Positions 1 through 9,830 are shown, counted from the first letter of the stretch. The stretch is DNA of 64,000 nucleotides from Candidatus Woesearchaeota archaeon (GCA_046704725.1 JBJKRI010000005.1:96001-160000); one strand, 5' to 3'. Numbers and translations are program-made. Notes: generated by a model not told the origin, from the sequence alone.

Positions 1-5
1 AAAAT

Positions 6-21
6 ACACTATATCTAGTGT
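6..21. promoter_or_regulatory. NrdR box (operator)
   Basis: ACACTATATCTAGTGT matches the imperfect palindromic NrdR-box consensus acaCwAtATaTwGtgt, directly upstream of nrdR-nrdJ. Confidence 0.75.
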
Positions 22-146
22 TTTTTGGGCCACAATTCTTTTCTACTACACTAGCATATATCTCCACGGACAACGATGCTTTTAATGCGTGCCCGGTAAA
101 GACCGCACCGGAAGCCGTGCGGGCTTTGCGCGCGGCAACGTACACC

Positions 147-596
147 ATGCGATGCACCCACTGCGACAACGAGGACACCAAGGTCATCGAGACCAGGGAG
201 GCGGGCGAGGACGTCCGCCGCCGCAGAGAGTGTCCGTCGTGCGGGGAGCGTTTCACGACCTACGAGCGCGTCGAGCGCCCGCAGCTGCGCGTCATAAAAA
301 AGGACGGCAGCCGGGAGTTGTTCGACCGCGAGAAGATGCTGCGCGGCATGCTGCTCTCGTGCGAGAAGCGGCCGGTCGCGACGGACAAGGTCGAGGAAGC
401 GGCACGCGTGGTGGAGGATCGTCTGCGCGGCCTCGGGGAGACCGAAGTGCAGACGAAGATGATCGGAGACCTCATCATGGAGCAACTACGGAAGCTCGAC
501 CACGTGGCGTATATCCGGTTCGCGAGCGTGTACAAGGACTTCCGCAGCGTCCGGAGCTTCGAGAAAGAGATCAAAGTACTGACAGGGGGAAAATAG
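147..596 (+). CDS. nrdR: Transcriptional repressor NrdR
   Basis: MRCTHC...RRRRECPSCGERFTTYER zinc ribbon, ATP-cone (VIKKDGSRELFDREK) and C-terminal DHVAYIRFASVY. Confidence 0.96.
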   Translation: MRCTHCDNEDTKVIETREAGEDVRRRRECPSCGERFTTYERVERPQLRVIKKDGSRELFDREKMLRGMLLSCEKRPVATDKVEEAARVVEDRLRGLGETEVQTKMIGDLIMEQLRKLDHVAYIRFASVYKDFRSVRSFEKEIKVLTGGK

Positions 597-598
597 CT

Positions 599-3130
599 AT
601 GCAGCAGAAGACAGTGAACATGGACATGCCGAAGATCACCGCGACTGAGAACCAGAGGAAAGTCATCAAGGACAAGTATCTGCGCGACGCTCCCAGCCTA
701 GAGGCCTGGTTGATGGGCGTCGCACACAACATCGCTCTCGCGGAGATCGTCCATTCGCTGCCCGAGGAGAAGGTCTTCAAGGACGTGTCCTATGAGAAGC
801 GCGCCTTCGACAACCGCGGACAGACGACGTACGAGTACTTCCTGCACGCCAAGGCCAAGGACATCGACGAGCAGAAAGAGAACTTCCGCCGCTTCATGCA
901 GAACCTCAACGAGCTCGCGGCGAACGACCCCCAAGCCAAGAAGATCGTCGAGAAGACGCAACGCGAGTTCTACGCGCTCATGTCCACCTGGAAGTTCCTG
1001 CCCAACAGCCCGACGCTCATGAACGCCGGCAGGGACCTGCAGCAACTGTCCGCATGCTACGTCCTGCCGGTCGAGGATTCCCTCGAGGGCATCTACGATA
1101 GCGTCAAGAGCATGGCGATCATCCACCAGAGCGGCGGCGGGACCGGATTCGACTTCAGCCACCTGCGGCCATCAGGGAGCAGGGTGCAGAGCACGCTCGG
1201 CGTGGCCTCCGGACCGCTCACCTTCATGCAATTGTTCGACAAGAGCACGGACGTGGTCAAGCAAGGAGGGACGCGTCGAGGCGCGAACATGGGTATCCTG
1301 CGCTACGACCACCCTGACATTGACAAGTTCATCGAGATGAAGAAGACGCCCGGCGTGATGGAGAACTTCAACGTGTCGGTCACCATCACCGAGGACTTCA
1401 TGGACAAGGTCGGCAAGGGAGAGGACTACGACCTCATCGACCCGCACACCAACAAGGTCGTCGGCACGCGGAACGCCAAGAAGATGTGGGACCGTCTCGT
1501 GCACGGCGCGTGGGAGACCGGCGACCCAGGCATCATCTTCATCGACCGCATCAACAACAGCAGGAGCAACCCGACGCCCGCGCAAGGCATGATCGAGAGC
1601 ACGAACCCGTGCGGCGAGCAGCCGTTGCTGCCTTTCGAGCCGTGCAACCTGGGAAGCATCAACCTCTCCAAGTTCGTCTCCGGAGACGACATGGACTGGA
1701 CCGCGCTCAAGCAGACCGTGCGGACGTGCGTGCACTTCTTGGACAACGTCGTGACTGTGAACAACTACCCGCTCTTCCAGATCGAGCGGATCGCCAAGTC
1801 GAACAGGCGCATCGGCCTGGGCGTCATGGGATGGGCGGAGACCCTCGTCAGGCTCGGTCTGCCCTACGGCGGCCCCGAATCCCTCGAGAAGGCAAAAGAG
1901 GTCATGCGCGTCATAAACGAAGAAGCCATGGCGGCTTCCGAAGCGTTGGCGAAGGAGCGCGGAGCGTTCGGGGGCTGGAAGGACAGCATCTTCGACAAGC
2001 AAGGAGACTACTATCGCGGCGAGGACCACACGCCGCGCAACAGCGCGCGCACCACCATCGCCCCGACGGGAACGATCGGCATCGCGGCTGGCCTGCAGGG
2101 AGCGGGCATCGAGCCGTTCTTCGCCATCGTCTACACGCGATACAACGCGAAAGCGCTGGACGCGCTCAAGAAGGGAGAGACCCCGAATCCGAACGACACC
2201 TTCTGGGAGGTCAATCCCTTGTTCGAGAAGATCGCCGCGGAGAACGATTACTTCGGCCTGGGCAAGGAGGAGTTGTGGAAGCGCATCGACGCCAACCACA
2301 AGAGCGTCACGGGCATGAAGGAGATTCCCGAGAAGGTGCAGGCACTGTTCAAGACGAGCCACGACCTGACGCCGCTCGACCATGTGCGCATGCAATGCGC
2401 CTTCCAGGAGTACACGGACAACGCCGTGTCAAAGACGGTGAACCTCAAGAACGAGGCCAAGCCAAAAGACATCGAGGAGGTCTACATGCTCGCCTTCAAG
2501 CTCGGCGCGAAGGGCGTGACCGTCTATCGCGACGGCTCGAAGAGCTTCCAGGTATTGAACCTCGGCGACAAGAAGGCCAAGGCCGAGAAGAAGCCCAAGA
2601 AGATCGACCGCGACACGCTCCAGGAGAAGAGCGATTACTACCAGATCGAGACCGGTTCGGGCACATTGCACATGCACATCAACTACGACGAGCTCGGGCC
2701 CAGACGCATCTTCGGCAACCTCTCGCCGTTGGGGACGGAGATCAGCGGACTGACCTCGGCGTTGTGCATCATGATCTCGAAGTACCTGGAGGCAGGCGGG
2801 GACCCCGTGCGCATCCTCAAACACCTCAACAGCATCAAGAGCGACCGGCCCTACGGCTTCGGAGCGAAGCGCGTGGACAGCGTGCCGCACGCCATCAGCA
2901 AGGCATTGCGGCAGAACCTCGTCAAGACGGGTTTCTTCGCCGACCAGAGCGGACAGACGTCCCTGACGGGAAAGAAGCTCGATGTCGGCGATACCGTCGA
3001 GGAGGTCGTGAAGGCCGAGAGCGTGTCGGACAGGCTGCACTGCAGCAAGTGCTTTTCCACGAACGTGCAGATGATGGCCGGCTGTTCGGAGCCGACGTGC
3101 TTCGACTGCGGCTACTCGAAGTGCAGCTGA
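599..3130 (+). CDS. nrdJ: Class II (adenosylcobalamin-dependent) ribonucleotide reductase with C-terminal TSCPD-like region and Zn ribbon
   Basis: FLPNSPTLMNAG, LSACYV, GGTRRGANM, TNPCGEQPL catalytic motif, TIAPTGT, C-terminal CSKC...CFDCGYSKCS; no nrdB nearby. Confidence 0.93.
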   Translation: MQQKTVNMDMPKITATENQRKVIKDKYLRDAPSLEAWLMGVAHNIALAEIVHSLPEEKVFKDVSYEKRAFDNRGQTTYEYFLHAKAKDIDEQKENFRRFMQNLNELAANDPQAKKIVEKTQREFYALMSTWKFLPNSPTLMNAGRDLQQLSACYVLPVEDSLEGIYDSVKSMAIIHQSGGGTGFDFSHLRPSGSRVQSTLGVASGPLTFMQLFDKSTDVVKQGGTRRGANMGILRYDHPDIDKFIEMKKTPGVMENFNVSVTITEDFMDKVGKGEDYDLIDPHTNKVVGTRNAKKMWDRLVHGAWETGDPGIIFIDRINNSRSNPTPAQGMIESTNPCGEQPLLPFEPCNLGSINLSKFVSGDDMDWTALKQTVRTCVHFLDNVVTVNNYPLFQIERIAKSNRRIGLGVMGWAETLVRLGLPYGGPESLEKAKEVMRVINEEAMAASEALAKERGAFGGWKDSIFDKQGDYYRGEDHTPRNSARTTIAPTGTIGIAAGLQGAGIEPFFAIVYTRYNAKALDALKKGETPNPNDTFWEVNPLFEKIAAENDYFGLGKEELWKRIDANHKSVTGMKEIPEKVQALFKTSHDLTPLDHVRMQCAFQEYTDNAVSKTVNLKNEAKPKDIEEVYMLAFKLGAKGVTVYRDGSKSFQVLNLGDKKAKAEKKPKKIDRDTLQEKSDYYQIETGSGTLHMHINYDELGPRRIFGNLSPLGTEISGLTSALCIMISKYLEAGGDPVRILKHLNSIKSDRPYGFGAKRVDSVPHAISKALRQNLVKTGFFADQSGQTSLTGKKLDVGDTVEEVVKAESVSDRLHCSKCFSTNVQMMAGCSEPTCFDCGYSKCS

Positions 3131-3140
3131 ACCTTCTTTT

Positions 3141-3680
3141 TCAGTCCTTCACTCCCTCGACACCCCAGCTCTTGTCGATGAGGCGCTTGATGGCGGCGTA
3201 GATTTCATCAGCGTTGCCGTCGGGAACAGCGATGAACTCGATCTTCTGACGGACGATGTCGGCCTTGTCGAAACTCCCGTTGATAACGATGTTGCCGTTC
3301 TTGTCCCTCTTCACACTGTCCATGTACTTGACGGGGCAGTACGTTCCCTCGTACGCGCGGCGACGCACGCTACCGAACGATTGGTCCATGTCAGAACCGA
3401 AGGAAACCTTGCTATCCTTCTTGAGGATGACGCGTGAGATGGCCTCGTCGGTGAGGGTGTAGCGGAAGCGGCGTTTCGGAAAATGCTGGAACAGCGTGAC
3501 CATCGCGACGATGAAGACCGCGAACAGGATGCCTGCGAAGAACTGGTTGCGGAACTCAGGATACAGGACGTAGACGACCACGTCCGCCGCCACGAGAACC
3601 AGTCCGAGCGCCCACGCGCCGTGACCGGTCAGGACGATGAGGGGGCGTGTGACTTCCCATTCGAGGAGGGTCTTGGCCAT
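3141..3680 (-). CDS. Hypothetical membrane protein (2 TM plus soluble domain)
   Basis: ORF with two hydrophobic helices filling the gap between nrdJ and cobA; ATG at 3680. Confidence 0.7.
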   Translation of the reverse strand: MAKTLLEWEVTRPLIVLTGHGAWALGLVLVAADVVVYVLYPEFRNQFFAGILFAVFIVAMVTLFQHFPKRRFRYTLTDEAISRVILKKDSKVSFGSDMDQSFGSVRRRAYEGTYCPVKYMDSVKRDKNGNIVINGSFDKADIVRQKIEFIAVPDGNADEIYAAIKRLIDKSWGVEGVKD

Positions 3681-3756
3681 GCAAGGGAACTCTGAAAGAC
3701 AGTACTTAAGCGCTCCTATCGTTATGCATATAACCGAGCGCCGGTTCCATATCCGT

Positions 3757-4260
3757 GTGATCCACATCTACACGGGGCAGAGCAAGGGGAAGACCACGGC
3801 CTCTGTGGGCCTTGCCGTGCGGGCCATGGGCGCGGGGATGAAAGTGCTTTTCGTCTCCTACTTCAAGCCGGACGGCTCGTCGGAGCACGGCGTGCTCGAG
3901 AAGCTCGGCGCCAAGGTCCTGCGCTTCACCTACCGCGGGAACTTCTTCAAGCGATACAACAAGGAGCAATTGACGGAGGCCAAGAAGGCGTTCGCCGGGT
4001 TCTTCGTGGACGTGGAGGCGGAGACGCCGGACTACGACCTCATCATCCACGACGAGGTGGTCTACGCGGTCCATATGGGCTTGACGACGGAGCAGAAGCT
4101 GCTGGACTACCTCGATCTGTACAAGGACAAGGAGATCGTGCTGACCGGACGTGATTTCCCCGAAAAGCTTATCCAGCGAGCGGATTACGTGACAGAGATG
4201 CAGAAGGTCAAGCACCCCTTCGACAAGGGCGCGCAACCACGCAAGGGGATCGAGCACTGA
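3757..4260 (+). CDS. cobA: Cob(I)alamin adenosyltransferase (CobA/BtuR/CobO family)
   Basis: IHIYTGQSKGKTTASVGLAVRA, LIIHDE, EIVLTGR, ADYVTEM..VKHPF..G..KGIE; start may be ATG 3724. Confidence 0.92.
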   Translation: MIHIYTGQSKGKTTASVGLAVRAMGAGMKVLFVSYFKPDGSSEHGVLEKLGAKVLRFTYRGNFFKRYNKEQLTEAKKAFAGFFVDVEAETPDYDLIIHDEVVYAVHMGLTTEQKLLDYLDLYKDKEIVLTGRDFPEKLIQRADYVTEMQKVKHPFDKGAQPRKGIEH

Positions 4261-4685
4261 TGGTAGACAGGTTCTTCGCAGCCACAAAAGCATTCATCGT
4301 CTCGGACGGGAAGGTGTTGATCCTGCGCGAGTCCGCCGACTACGACGACGGCACGAACGAGGGGCGCTACGATGTCCCGGGAGGGCGCGTGGAGCCTGGC
4401 CAGCGTTTCGACGAGAGCCTCCGCAGGGAGATCAGGGAGGAGACTGGACTCGAGATCGATATCGGCAGGCCGTTCCACATCGACGAATGGCGCCCGCACG
4501 TCCATGACGAGGACTGGCAGGTCGTTGGGACGTACATCCTGTGCGTCCCGCACAAGACGGAGGTCACGCTCGGCCCCGATCATGATGACTTCCAATGGAT
4601 ATCGCCCGCAGACCACAAGGAGTATCCCATGACGAGCGGATTGCGAAAAGGGTTCGAACAGTATCTCTTGCTGGAGGAGCGATGA
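4260..4685 (+). CDS. Nudix hydrolase (MutT-like)
   Basis: Nudix box PGGRVEPGQRFDESLRREIREETGL. Confidence 0.92.
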   Translation: MVDRFFAATKAFIVSDGKVLILRESADYDDGTNEGRYDVPGGRVEPGQRFDESLRREIREETGLEIDIGRPFHIDEWRPHVHDEDWQVVGTYILCVPHKTEVTLGPDHDDFQWISPADHKEYPMTSGLRKGFEQYLLLEER

Positions 4686-5113
4686 GGATACGCATACACA
4701 CCATCGGGGACACGCCATTGCCGGAGTACGAGACGGAAGGAGCGGTCGCCTTCGACCTGCGCGCTCGCGAGCGCACCGTCATCGAGCCGCGCTCCCTGGG
4801 ATTGGTACGTACAGGGCTTGTGATAGAGGTGCCGAAGGGATACACGATGCTGCTCGCCGCCCGCTCGTCTACGCCCAAGAAGAAGGGGCTGCTCATGCCG
4901 CATGGCATGGGCGTCATCGACCAGGACTACTGCGGACCGGACGACGAGAACCTCTTGCAGTACTACAACTTCACCGACGAGCCAGTCGTGATAGAGAAAG
5001 GCGAGCGCTGCGGACAAGCGTTCTTCGCGCGCATCGCCAAGGCCGAGTGGGAAATGGTCGAGACCATCAAGGATACCAGCCGCGGCGGCTTCGGCGGCAC
5101 GGGAAACGATTAG
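4682..5113 (+). CDS. dut: dUTP diphosphatase (trimeric dUTPase)
   Basis: AFDL, ARSS, GVIDQDYCG, ERCGQ and RGGFGGTG motifs. Confidence 0.93.
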   Translation: MRIRIHTIGDTPLPEYETEGAVAFDLRARERTVIEPRSLGLVRTGLVIEVPKGYTMLLAARSSTPKKKGLLMPHGMGVIDQDYCGPDDENLLQYYNFTDEPVVIEKGERCGQAFFARIAKAEWEMVETIKDTSRGGFGGTGND

Positions 5114-5391
5114 CGGTCGAGCACGGCGTACACAAGGTGTATCCAATGCGCTGTGCTATAATTGATCACGTGCGTCGCGTCCGAAGGCATGCGCTGGGAA
5201 GCGAAATCAGCTATCAATTCCCGGCGTACCCCATCGTTCGCCGGCATATCGGGGACGAAACGCGATGCATGGCCGATAATCCTGCCCGAGAAGAGGGTCC
5301 GCTGGCCTGGAGCGCGGAGGACACGCCTATTAAGTCCGATGTATGAAGGGACGAGCTCGCTTCTACCCATCGATTCGAGACTGCTATCCAT
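5110..5391 (-). CDS. Hypothetical protein
   Basis: 93-aa ORF filling the gap, AT-rich TATA-like sequence upstream; no motif. Confidence 0.4.
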   Translation of the reverse strand: MDSSLESMGRSELVPSYIGLNRRVLRAPGQRTLFSGRIIGHASRFVPDMPANDGVRRELIADFASQRMPSDATHVINYSTAHWIHLVYAVLDR

Positions 5392-5424
5392 GCAATCCTT
5401 GCGAAGCGCTCCTATATTATACTT

Positions 5425-6219
5425 TCAGTGCTGCGAGAAGTACTGCAGCACGTCCTCGGGCTTCTTGTTCTGGAAAAGGATGCCCGACAAGGCGCGCGCC
5501 AATGTCAAGGGACGCGGGTGCTGCCAGATGCTGCGGCCGTACGCCAAGCCCGTGGCGCCGGCGTGCACCACGTCATAGGCGTGCTTGATGATCTCTTCGT
5601 CAGAACCATACTCGTTGTCCGCAACAAGCACGCCCGCGCGTCCGGCGGCCTTGACCGCCCACTCGAAGCCGTGCAGGTCGTGATTGTACTTGAGCTTGAC
5701 GAAATCCGCCCCCAATTCGAGACCGACGCGGGCGGCGTAGGCGATGACGTCGGAATCGGCGTCCCTACCGACCACTCCGGGGCCGCGCGGATACATCCAC
5801 GCGATGACGGGGATGCCGTAATCGTGGGCCTCCTCGCAGATGCGGCCGAACTCAGCGAACATCTCCGGCTCGGCGGGACTGCCGTCGTAGATGGTGTAGC
5901 CCACCGCGTCCGCTCCGAGCTTGACCGCGCGCTCCACGCTGCAGATCTGCTTTGAGAACGGATTGAGCTCGGACAATTCCGTGCGGCCGTTGAGCTTGAT
6001 GACCAATGGAATGTCCGTGTATGCGCCGTGATAGTACTTCTCAGCGAGGCCCGCGTGCAGGACGACGCCTGTGAAACCGCCCTCGAGGGCGATGTTGAGG
6101 ACGTGCGTGGGATCGACGGTGTGCAGGTCGAAGAGCTTGGGACCGTGCTCGAGCCCCTGGTCGAAGGACAAGAGCAACGCGTGCTTGTCGCGCAGAATCC
6201 GATTCGCGTCAGCGACCAC
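5425..6219 (-). CDS. Class I (DhnA/archaeal-type) fructose-bisphosphate aldolase family protein
   Basis: DQGLEHGP, KLNG, LGADAVGYTIY, WMYPRG, ELGADFVK (Schiff-base Lys), GRSIWQ. Confidence 0.9.
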   Translation of the reverse strand: MVADANRILRDKHALLLSFDQGLEHGPKLFDLHTVDPTHVLNIALEGGFTGVVLHAGLAEKYYHGAYTDIPLVIKLNGRTELSELNPFSKQICSVERAVKLGADAVGYTIYDGSPAEPEMFAEFGRICEEAHDYGIPVIAWMYPRGPGVVGRDADSDVIAYAARVGLELGADFVKLKYNHDLHGFEWAVKAAGRAGVLVADNEYGSDEEIIKHAYDVVHAGATGLAYGRSIWQHPRPLTLARALSGILFQNKKPEDVLQYFSQH

Positions 6220-6257
6220 TCACCCTCACCTCACGTGCAGGGCGTGGAAAGCCGTAT

Positions 6258-7262
6258 TTAAATGTTCTGGAGGAGTGGCTTCGCCGGTATCTCCCGTTTA
6301 TCGGCGGAGAGGCGTTCGAGGGCCTTGTCACGGTCGAGCAGGCCGTTCTTGGCGCCGACCTCGCTGATGAGGCTCTCGGTGTTCACGCACGCGAGCCGCA
6401 ACGATTCCTGGGGATCCTTGCCGAGGATGAGCCCCGCGAGGAAAGAGGAAGCGAAGCAATCACCGGCTCCAGTCGTCTCCACGATACGCGCTTCGGGAGA
6501 CGGGGCGGCGAAATAGATCGTGTCCGCGTACAGCAAGGTGCTTCCCGCACGGCCGTTGGTGACCATGACGATCTCCGCTCCCTGCATCCGCAGGCGCACG
6601 CACAACTCCTCGGGAGAGCCCTTGCCAACGAGCATCTCGGCCTCCTCCTTGTTCATGATGAGCAATTGCGAGAGCGATATCGGCTCGCGCAACGCGGCCA
6701 ATCCCTGTTGGGTCTGGTAGCTCGACGGATTGAAGGCGACGGCGATGCCGCTCTGCCGGGCGTGGCGCATGAGCGCGAGCATGGTGCGGTAGCTCTCGCC
6801 CACGAGCGAGGAGAAGTAATACCATGTCGAGTGCATCTTGGAGAGGTCGAGGTCCTCCGCCCGCAACAGGGAAGAGGAACCCTTGTAGATGAGGATGGTC
6901 CGGTCGTGCAGGCGCTTGCTGTCGAGCACGAGCGACAGGTTGGTCTTGGCGTCCACGCGCGTGCCGAGGAAGTCCACGCCCGCGCCATCGCACCACGAGA
7001 CGACGGCGTCGCCGTTGCCGTCCTTTCCCACAGCACCGCCGTACGCCACGGGGATGCCGAGCTTGGAGAGGCACGCGGCGGTGTTCGTGCCGCCTCCGCC
7101 GATCTCCGTGTGCACGTCGCTGAGCAACACCTTCTCGCCCGAGGGATAGAAGACGACCTCCTCGCAGCTGTCGTCCGTGCAGATCTGCATGGTGCGTTCG
7201 CTCGCCGTCTCGGTGTGGATGTCGATCGTCCCGCTCCCGAAGGTGATGACCTCGTACTTCAT
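6258..7262 (-). CDS. PfkB-family carbohydrate kinase
   Basis: GGGGTNTA, G.VGKDGNG, FNPS, NKEEA, ETTGAGDCFAS. Confidence 0.92.
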   Translation of the reverse strand: MKYEVITFGSGTIDIHTETASERTMQICTDDSCEEVVFYPSGEKVLLSDVHTEIGGGGTNTAACLSKLGIPVAYGGAVGKDGNGDAVVSWCDGAGVDFLGTRVDAKTNLSLVLDSKRLHDRTILIYKGSSSLLRAEDLDLSKMHSTWYYFSSLVGESYRTMLALMRHARQSGIAVAFNPSSYQTQQGLAALREPISLSQLLIMNKEEAEMLVGKGSPEELCVRLRMQGAEIVMVTNGRAGSTLLYADTIYFAAPSPEARIVETTGAGDCFASSFLAGLILGKDPQESLRLACVNTESLISEVGAKNGLLDRDKALERLSADKREIPAKPLLQNI

Positions 7263-7858
7263 GGCAAGGCGTCCGGCGGATAGATGCTGGGAGGCTGCTC
7301 CTGCGTCTGGCTCAAGCGCAGGAACTCCTTGATGACATTCTGCATCTCGACGAGCTTCGCGATGAGCTCGTCCTCCGCCTTCTTGATGCGGGGCTTGTAT
7401 ATCCAGAGCCTCCATCGCTCCTGGATGGACTTGAGCAATCCTCCGGAGAAATCATCCTCCCAGTTGCGGATGAGGTGCGCCTCGAAGCGCATGATCGTGT
7501 TGGACTGGAACATCTTCCACTTCTTGCCCTTGTGCATGACCTCCTTCTTGCTGACGGCGATGGTCTGGAAGTTGAACTTGAGGAACCACGTGAACTCCTT
7601 CTGCTCGATGTGCTGGGAGCCGGGGTGCCTCCAGGCACGCCACCAGATGTGGTGCTCCGTCAGACCGCTGGGCAGGTCCCGCTGCCAATAGAGCGTCTCG
7701 TAGTTCTTGTCTCCGTTCGTGTCCTTGAAATCGTTGTCGTCGAGCCAGGTGTGCAGGCGCTTGTACAGCTCCTTGAGCTGGTGGACGTACTCGATCTCGA
7801 TCTCCGTCTTGAAGATGCGTTCGCCGTTCTTCGTCCAGTCGATGAGGTTGGAGGGCAC
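7259..7858 (-). CDS. Hypothetical protein
   Basis: 199-aa ORF with genome-typical codon usage, 4-nt overlap with pfkB, TATA-like TTTATATA upstream. Confidence 0.8.
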   Translation of the reverse strand: MPSNLIDWTKNGERIFKTEIEIEYVHQLKELYKRLHTWLDDNDFKDTNGDKNYETLYWQRDLPSGLTEHHIWWRAWRHPGSQHIEQKEFTWFLKFNFQTIAVSKKEVMHKGKKWKMFQSNTIMRFEAHLIRNWEDDFSGGLLKSIQERWRLWIYKPRIKKAEDELIAKLVEMQNVIKEFLRLSQTQEQPPSIYPPDALP

Positions 7859-7950
7859 ATGGCGAACCCGTCAGCGGCATATATAAACGTGCGGTTGTGA
7901 GCGAGGGGTGGGGACGAACGATTCATAAGGGAGCCGTCCGGGGTGGAAGC

Positions 7951-8730
7951 ATGCTCCGCACAGCGACCATTATCGTTTTGTCCCTGCTCTTGGTAGGGAC
8001 TGCATCGCTGGCGCTCACGGAGATCGCGTTCAGCAAGCTCTTGTACCCCGAGGCGTACGTCGGTCCGGTGATGCAGCTTGAGCAGCAGGTTGTGCCGCAG
8101 CACTTCCCCGTGCCCTTGCCGCAATCGCTCGTACGCAACGAGACCTCGCGACTGCTCGGCAACGCACTGGCGTACATCCGCGGCGACACCGCGACAGCGA
8201 ACCTGACTATTCCCGTCAGAGCGGACCTGACCCGAGCGCTCGATGCGCTCCCGCCCTGCCAGGGCGTCCCGCAGAACGGCACGCTCGACTGCCGGCCGCC
8301 GAACGCGACGATCATCCTCGCGCAGGTCCCACAGACCATGAACCTGAGCACGCCGAACCTCACGAGCTACCTGCAGCGCGGACGCCAGGCCGTGCAGACC
8401 GCCGAAGCCTCGCTGCAGATCGCGCTGATCCTGGCGCTGGTGTGTGTATTGCTCATCCTGTTCCTGACGCGCAAGTCCATCCGCTCGGGAGCGGAATGGA
8501 TAGAGAGCGATATGATCATCGTGGGCGGCTCGCTCGCGACGACGAGCATCGCCATCCGACCGCTCCTCGCGCGAGCGTTCCCGCCGGCGCTGTCATCGTT
8601 GCAAGGTTTTGTCACGACGGTGCTCGGGACGGTGCTCGCGGCCATGCTGACCTACGGATTGGTGGCGGGCATCGGCGGGGCGGCGCTCTTGCTGTTCACC
8701 CTGCTGTTCCCGAAACCAAAGAAGAAGTGA
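7951..8730 (+). CDS. Hypothetical membrane protein (N-terminal TM, extracellular domain, 3 TM)
   Basis: Hydrophobic segments, several N-x-S/T sequons, basic C-terminus. Confidence 0.8.
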   Translation: MLRTATIIVLSLLLVGTASLALTEIAFSKLLYPEAYVGPVMQLEQQVVPQHFPVPLPQSLVRNETSRLLGNALAYIRGDTATANLTIPVRADLTRALDALPPCQGVPQNGTLDCRPPNATIILAQVPQTMNLSTPNLTSYLQRGRQAVQTAEASLQIALILALVCVLLILFLTRKSIRSGAEWIESDMIIVGGSLATTSIAIRPLLARAFPPALSSLQGFVTTVLGTVLAAMLTYGLVAGIGGAALLLFTLLFPKPKKK

Positions 8731-8814
8731 TGTGGGTGGCAGGGTTCGAACCTGCGTAGGCGCTAAGCCACACGGCCCTGAACCGTGCCCGTTTGACCGC
8801 TCCGGCACACCCAC
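8731..8814 (-). tRNA. tRNA-Leu(CAG)
   Basis: Reverse complement GTGGGTGTGCCGGAGCGGTCAAACGGGCACGGTTCAGGGCCGTG...GGTTCGAACCCTGCCACCCACA; long variable arm, anticodon CAG. Confidence 0.95.
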
Positions 8815-8853
8815 GTGCTATCAGGGAGATTCCCCGTCCACTTATAAACGTTG

Positions 8854-9267
8854 TCAGAGGGTGAGCGTGACGAGGTTCGTATTGCCCAATCCGTGCTTCT
8901 CGATCACGCCGCGCTCGGAGAGGTGCTTGAGGACGCGCGAGACCTTCACCTTGCCAAGGCCTGTGAGCGCGACGAGCCGGTTCTGCTCGAGACGGTTGTT
9001 GTTGTCGAGCAAGGTCTTGACGACGAGGCGCTCCTCGCGCGGCAACACAGAGAGCACGCGCGAGAGCTGCGCGCGGTTGATGCGCCACTGGAACAAGAGC
9101 ACGAGCGACGCGCCGAGAAGGACGGAGAGAAAAGCGATGCCGTAGACGAGCAGCGGCAGTTGCGAGCCGCTCTGCTCGACGTACGCGCCGTTCACCAAGG
9201 CGAAAGCGATGCCGAGCAAGAAGACGAGGACGAGTCCGGCGATGAGCCGGCGCGGCTCAAGCTCCAT
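8854..9267 (-). CDS. Membrane-anchored winged-helix transcriptional regulator (2 TM plus HTH)
   Basis: Two TM helices then LPREERLVV...QNRLVALTGLGKVKVSRVLKHLSERGVIEK..GNTN. Confidence 0.85.
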   Translation of the reverse strand: MELEPRRLIAGLVLVFLLGIAFALVNGAYVEQSGSQLPLLVYGIAFLSVLLGASLVLLFQWRINRAQLSRVLSVLPREERLVVKTLLDNNNRLEQNRLVALTGLGKVKVSRVLKHLSERGVIEKHGLGNTNLVTLTL

Positions 9268-9481
9268 TCCCGCCCCCCAACTCCTTTCTCAGCCTGCGAT
9301 ATTCCCTGTCCGTGATCTCGCCGCGCGCGAGGCGCTTGTCGAGGATGTCCTTTGCGCTCTCCTTGCTGGTCCCACGGAGCAGCCACCAGACGATGAGGAG
9401 GAAGGCCGCGAGGATGAGCAGGGAGAACAGCCATCCGAGGCCCATGCCAGAGCCCATGCCGTACCCCATCATCCCCGCCAT
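9257..9481 (-). CDS. SHOCT-domain membrane protein with Met/Gly-rich N-terminus
   Basis: GMMGYGMG, one TM, SAKDILDKRLARGEITDREYRRLRKEL. Confidence 0.88.
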   Translation of the reverse strand: MAGMMGYGMGSGMGLGWLFSLLILAAFLLIVWWLLRGTSKESAKDILDKRLARGEITDREYRRLRKELGGGNGA

Positions 9482-9524
9482 GCCGTCCTCCAGGCGTCAG
9501 TCGCTCTTATGTCTTTTGGAGCCA

Positions 9525-9830
9525 TCAACTCATGGGACAGTCGTCGTGCATCTCCTGCCAGTCGGCGAAGGTCTCGTTGTCGGTCACCCAGTACGGGCCG
9601 ATGCGTCCATAGTCCTCGCGTGCCTGGACAAAGTCGGCGTAGGTCCCGTTCTCGACGATGTCCTGCATCACGTATAGCGGACCGTTCCGCGCGTACAGCA
9701 TGCCGTGACCCATCCCATAGCCCATGCCGTACTGGCTCTGCTCCTGCGCGCTCCAGCGCGGGCCGAATGCGACGGCGAGGCCGCCGACGACCACCAGCAT
9801 CGCGAGCGACGCGATCAATGTCTTGTTCAT
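9525..9830 (-). CDS. Small secreted Met/Gly/His-rich protein
   Basis: Signal peptide, YGMGYGMGHGM, C-terminal MHDDCPM; GGAGG upstream. Confidence 0.75.
   Translation of the reverse strand: MNKTLIASLAMLVVVGGLAVAFGPRWSAQEQSQYGMGYGMGHGMLYARNGPLYVMQDIVENGTYADFVQAREDYGRIGPYWVTDNETFADWQEMHDDCPMS

Noticed and set aside
89-598. N-terminal extension of the 1013-aa RNR ORF suggesting an NrdR-NrdJ fusion
   Set aside because: NrdR is in a different frame and stops at 596; nrdJ starts at ATG 599
599-3130. Intein or intron in the RNR
   Set aside because: Motifs are contiguous; no intein termini or homing endonuclease motifs
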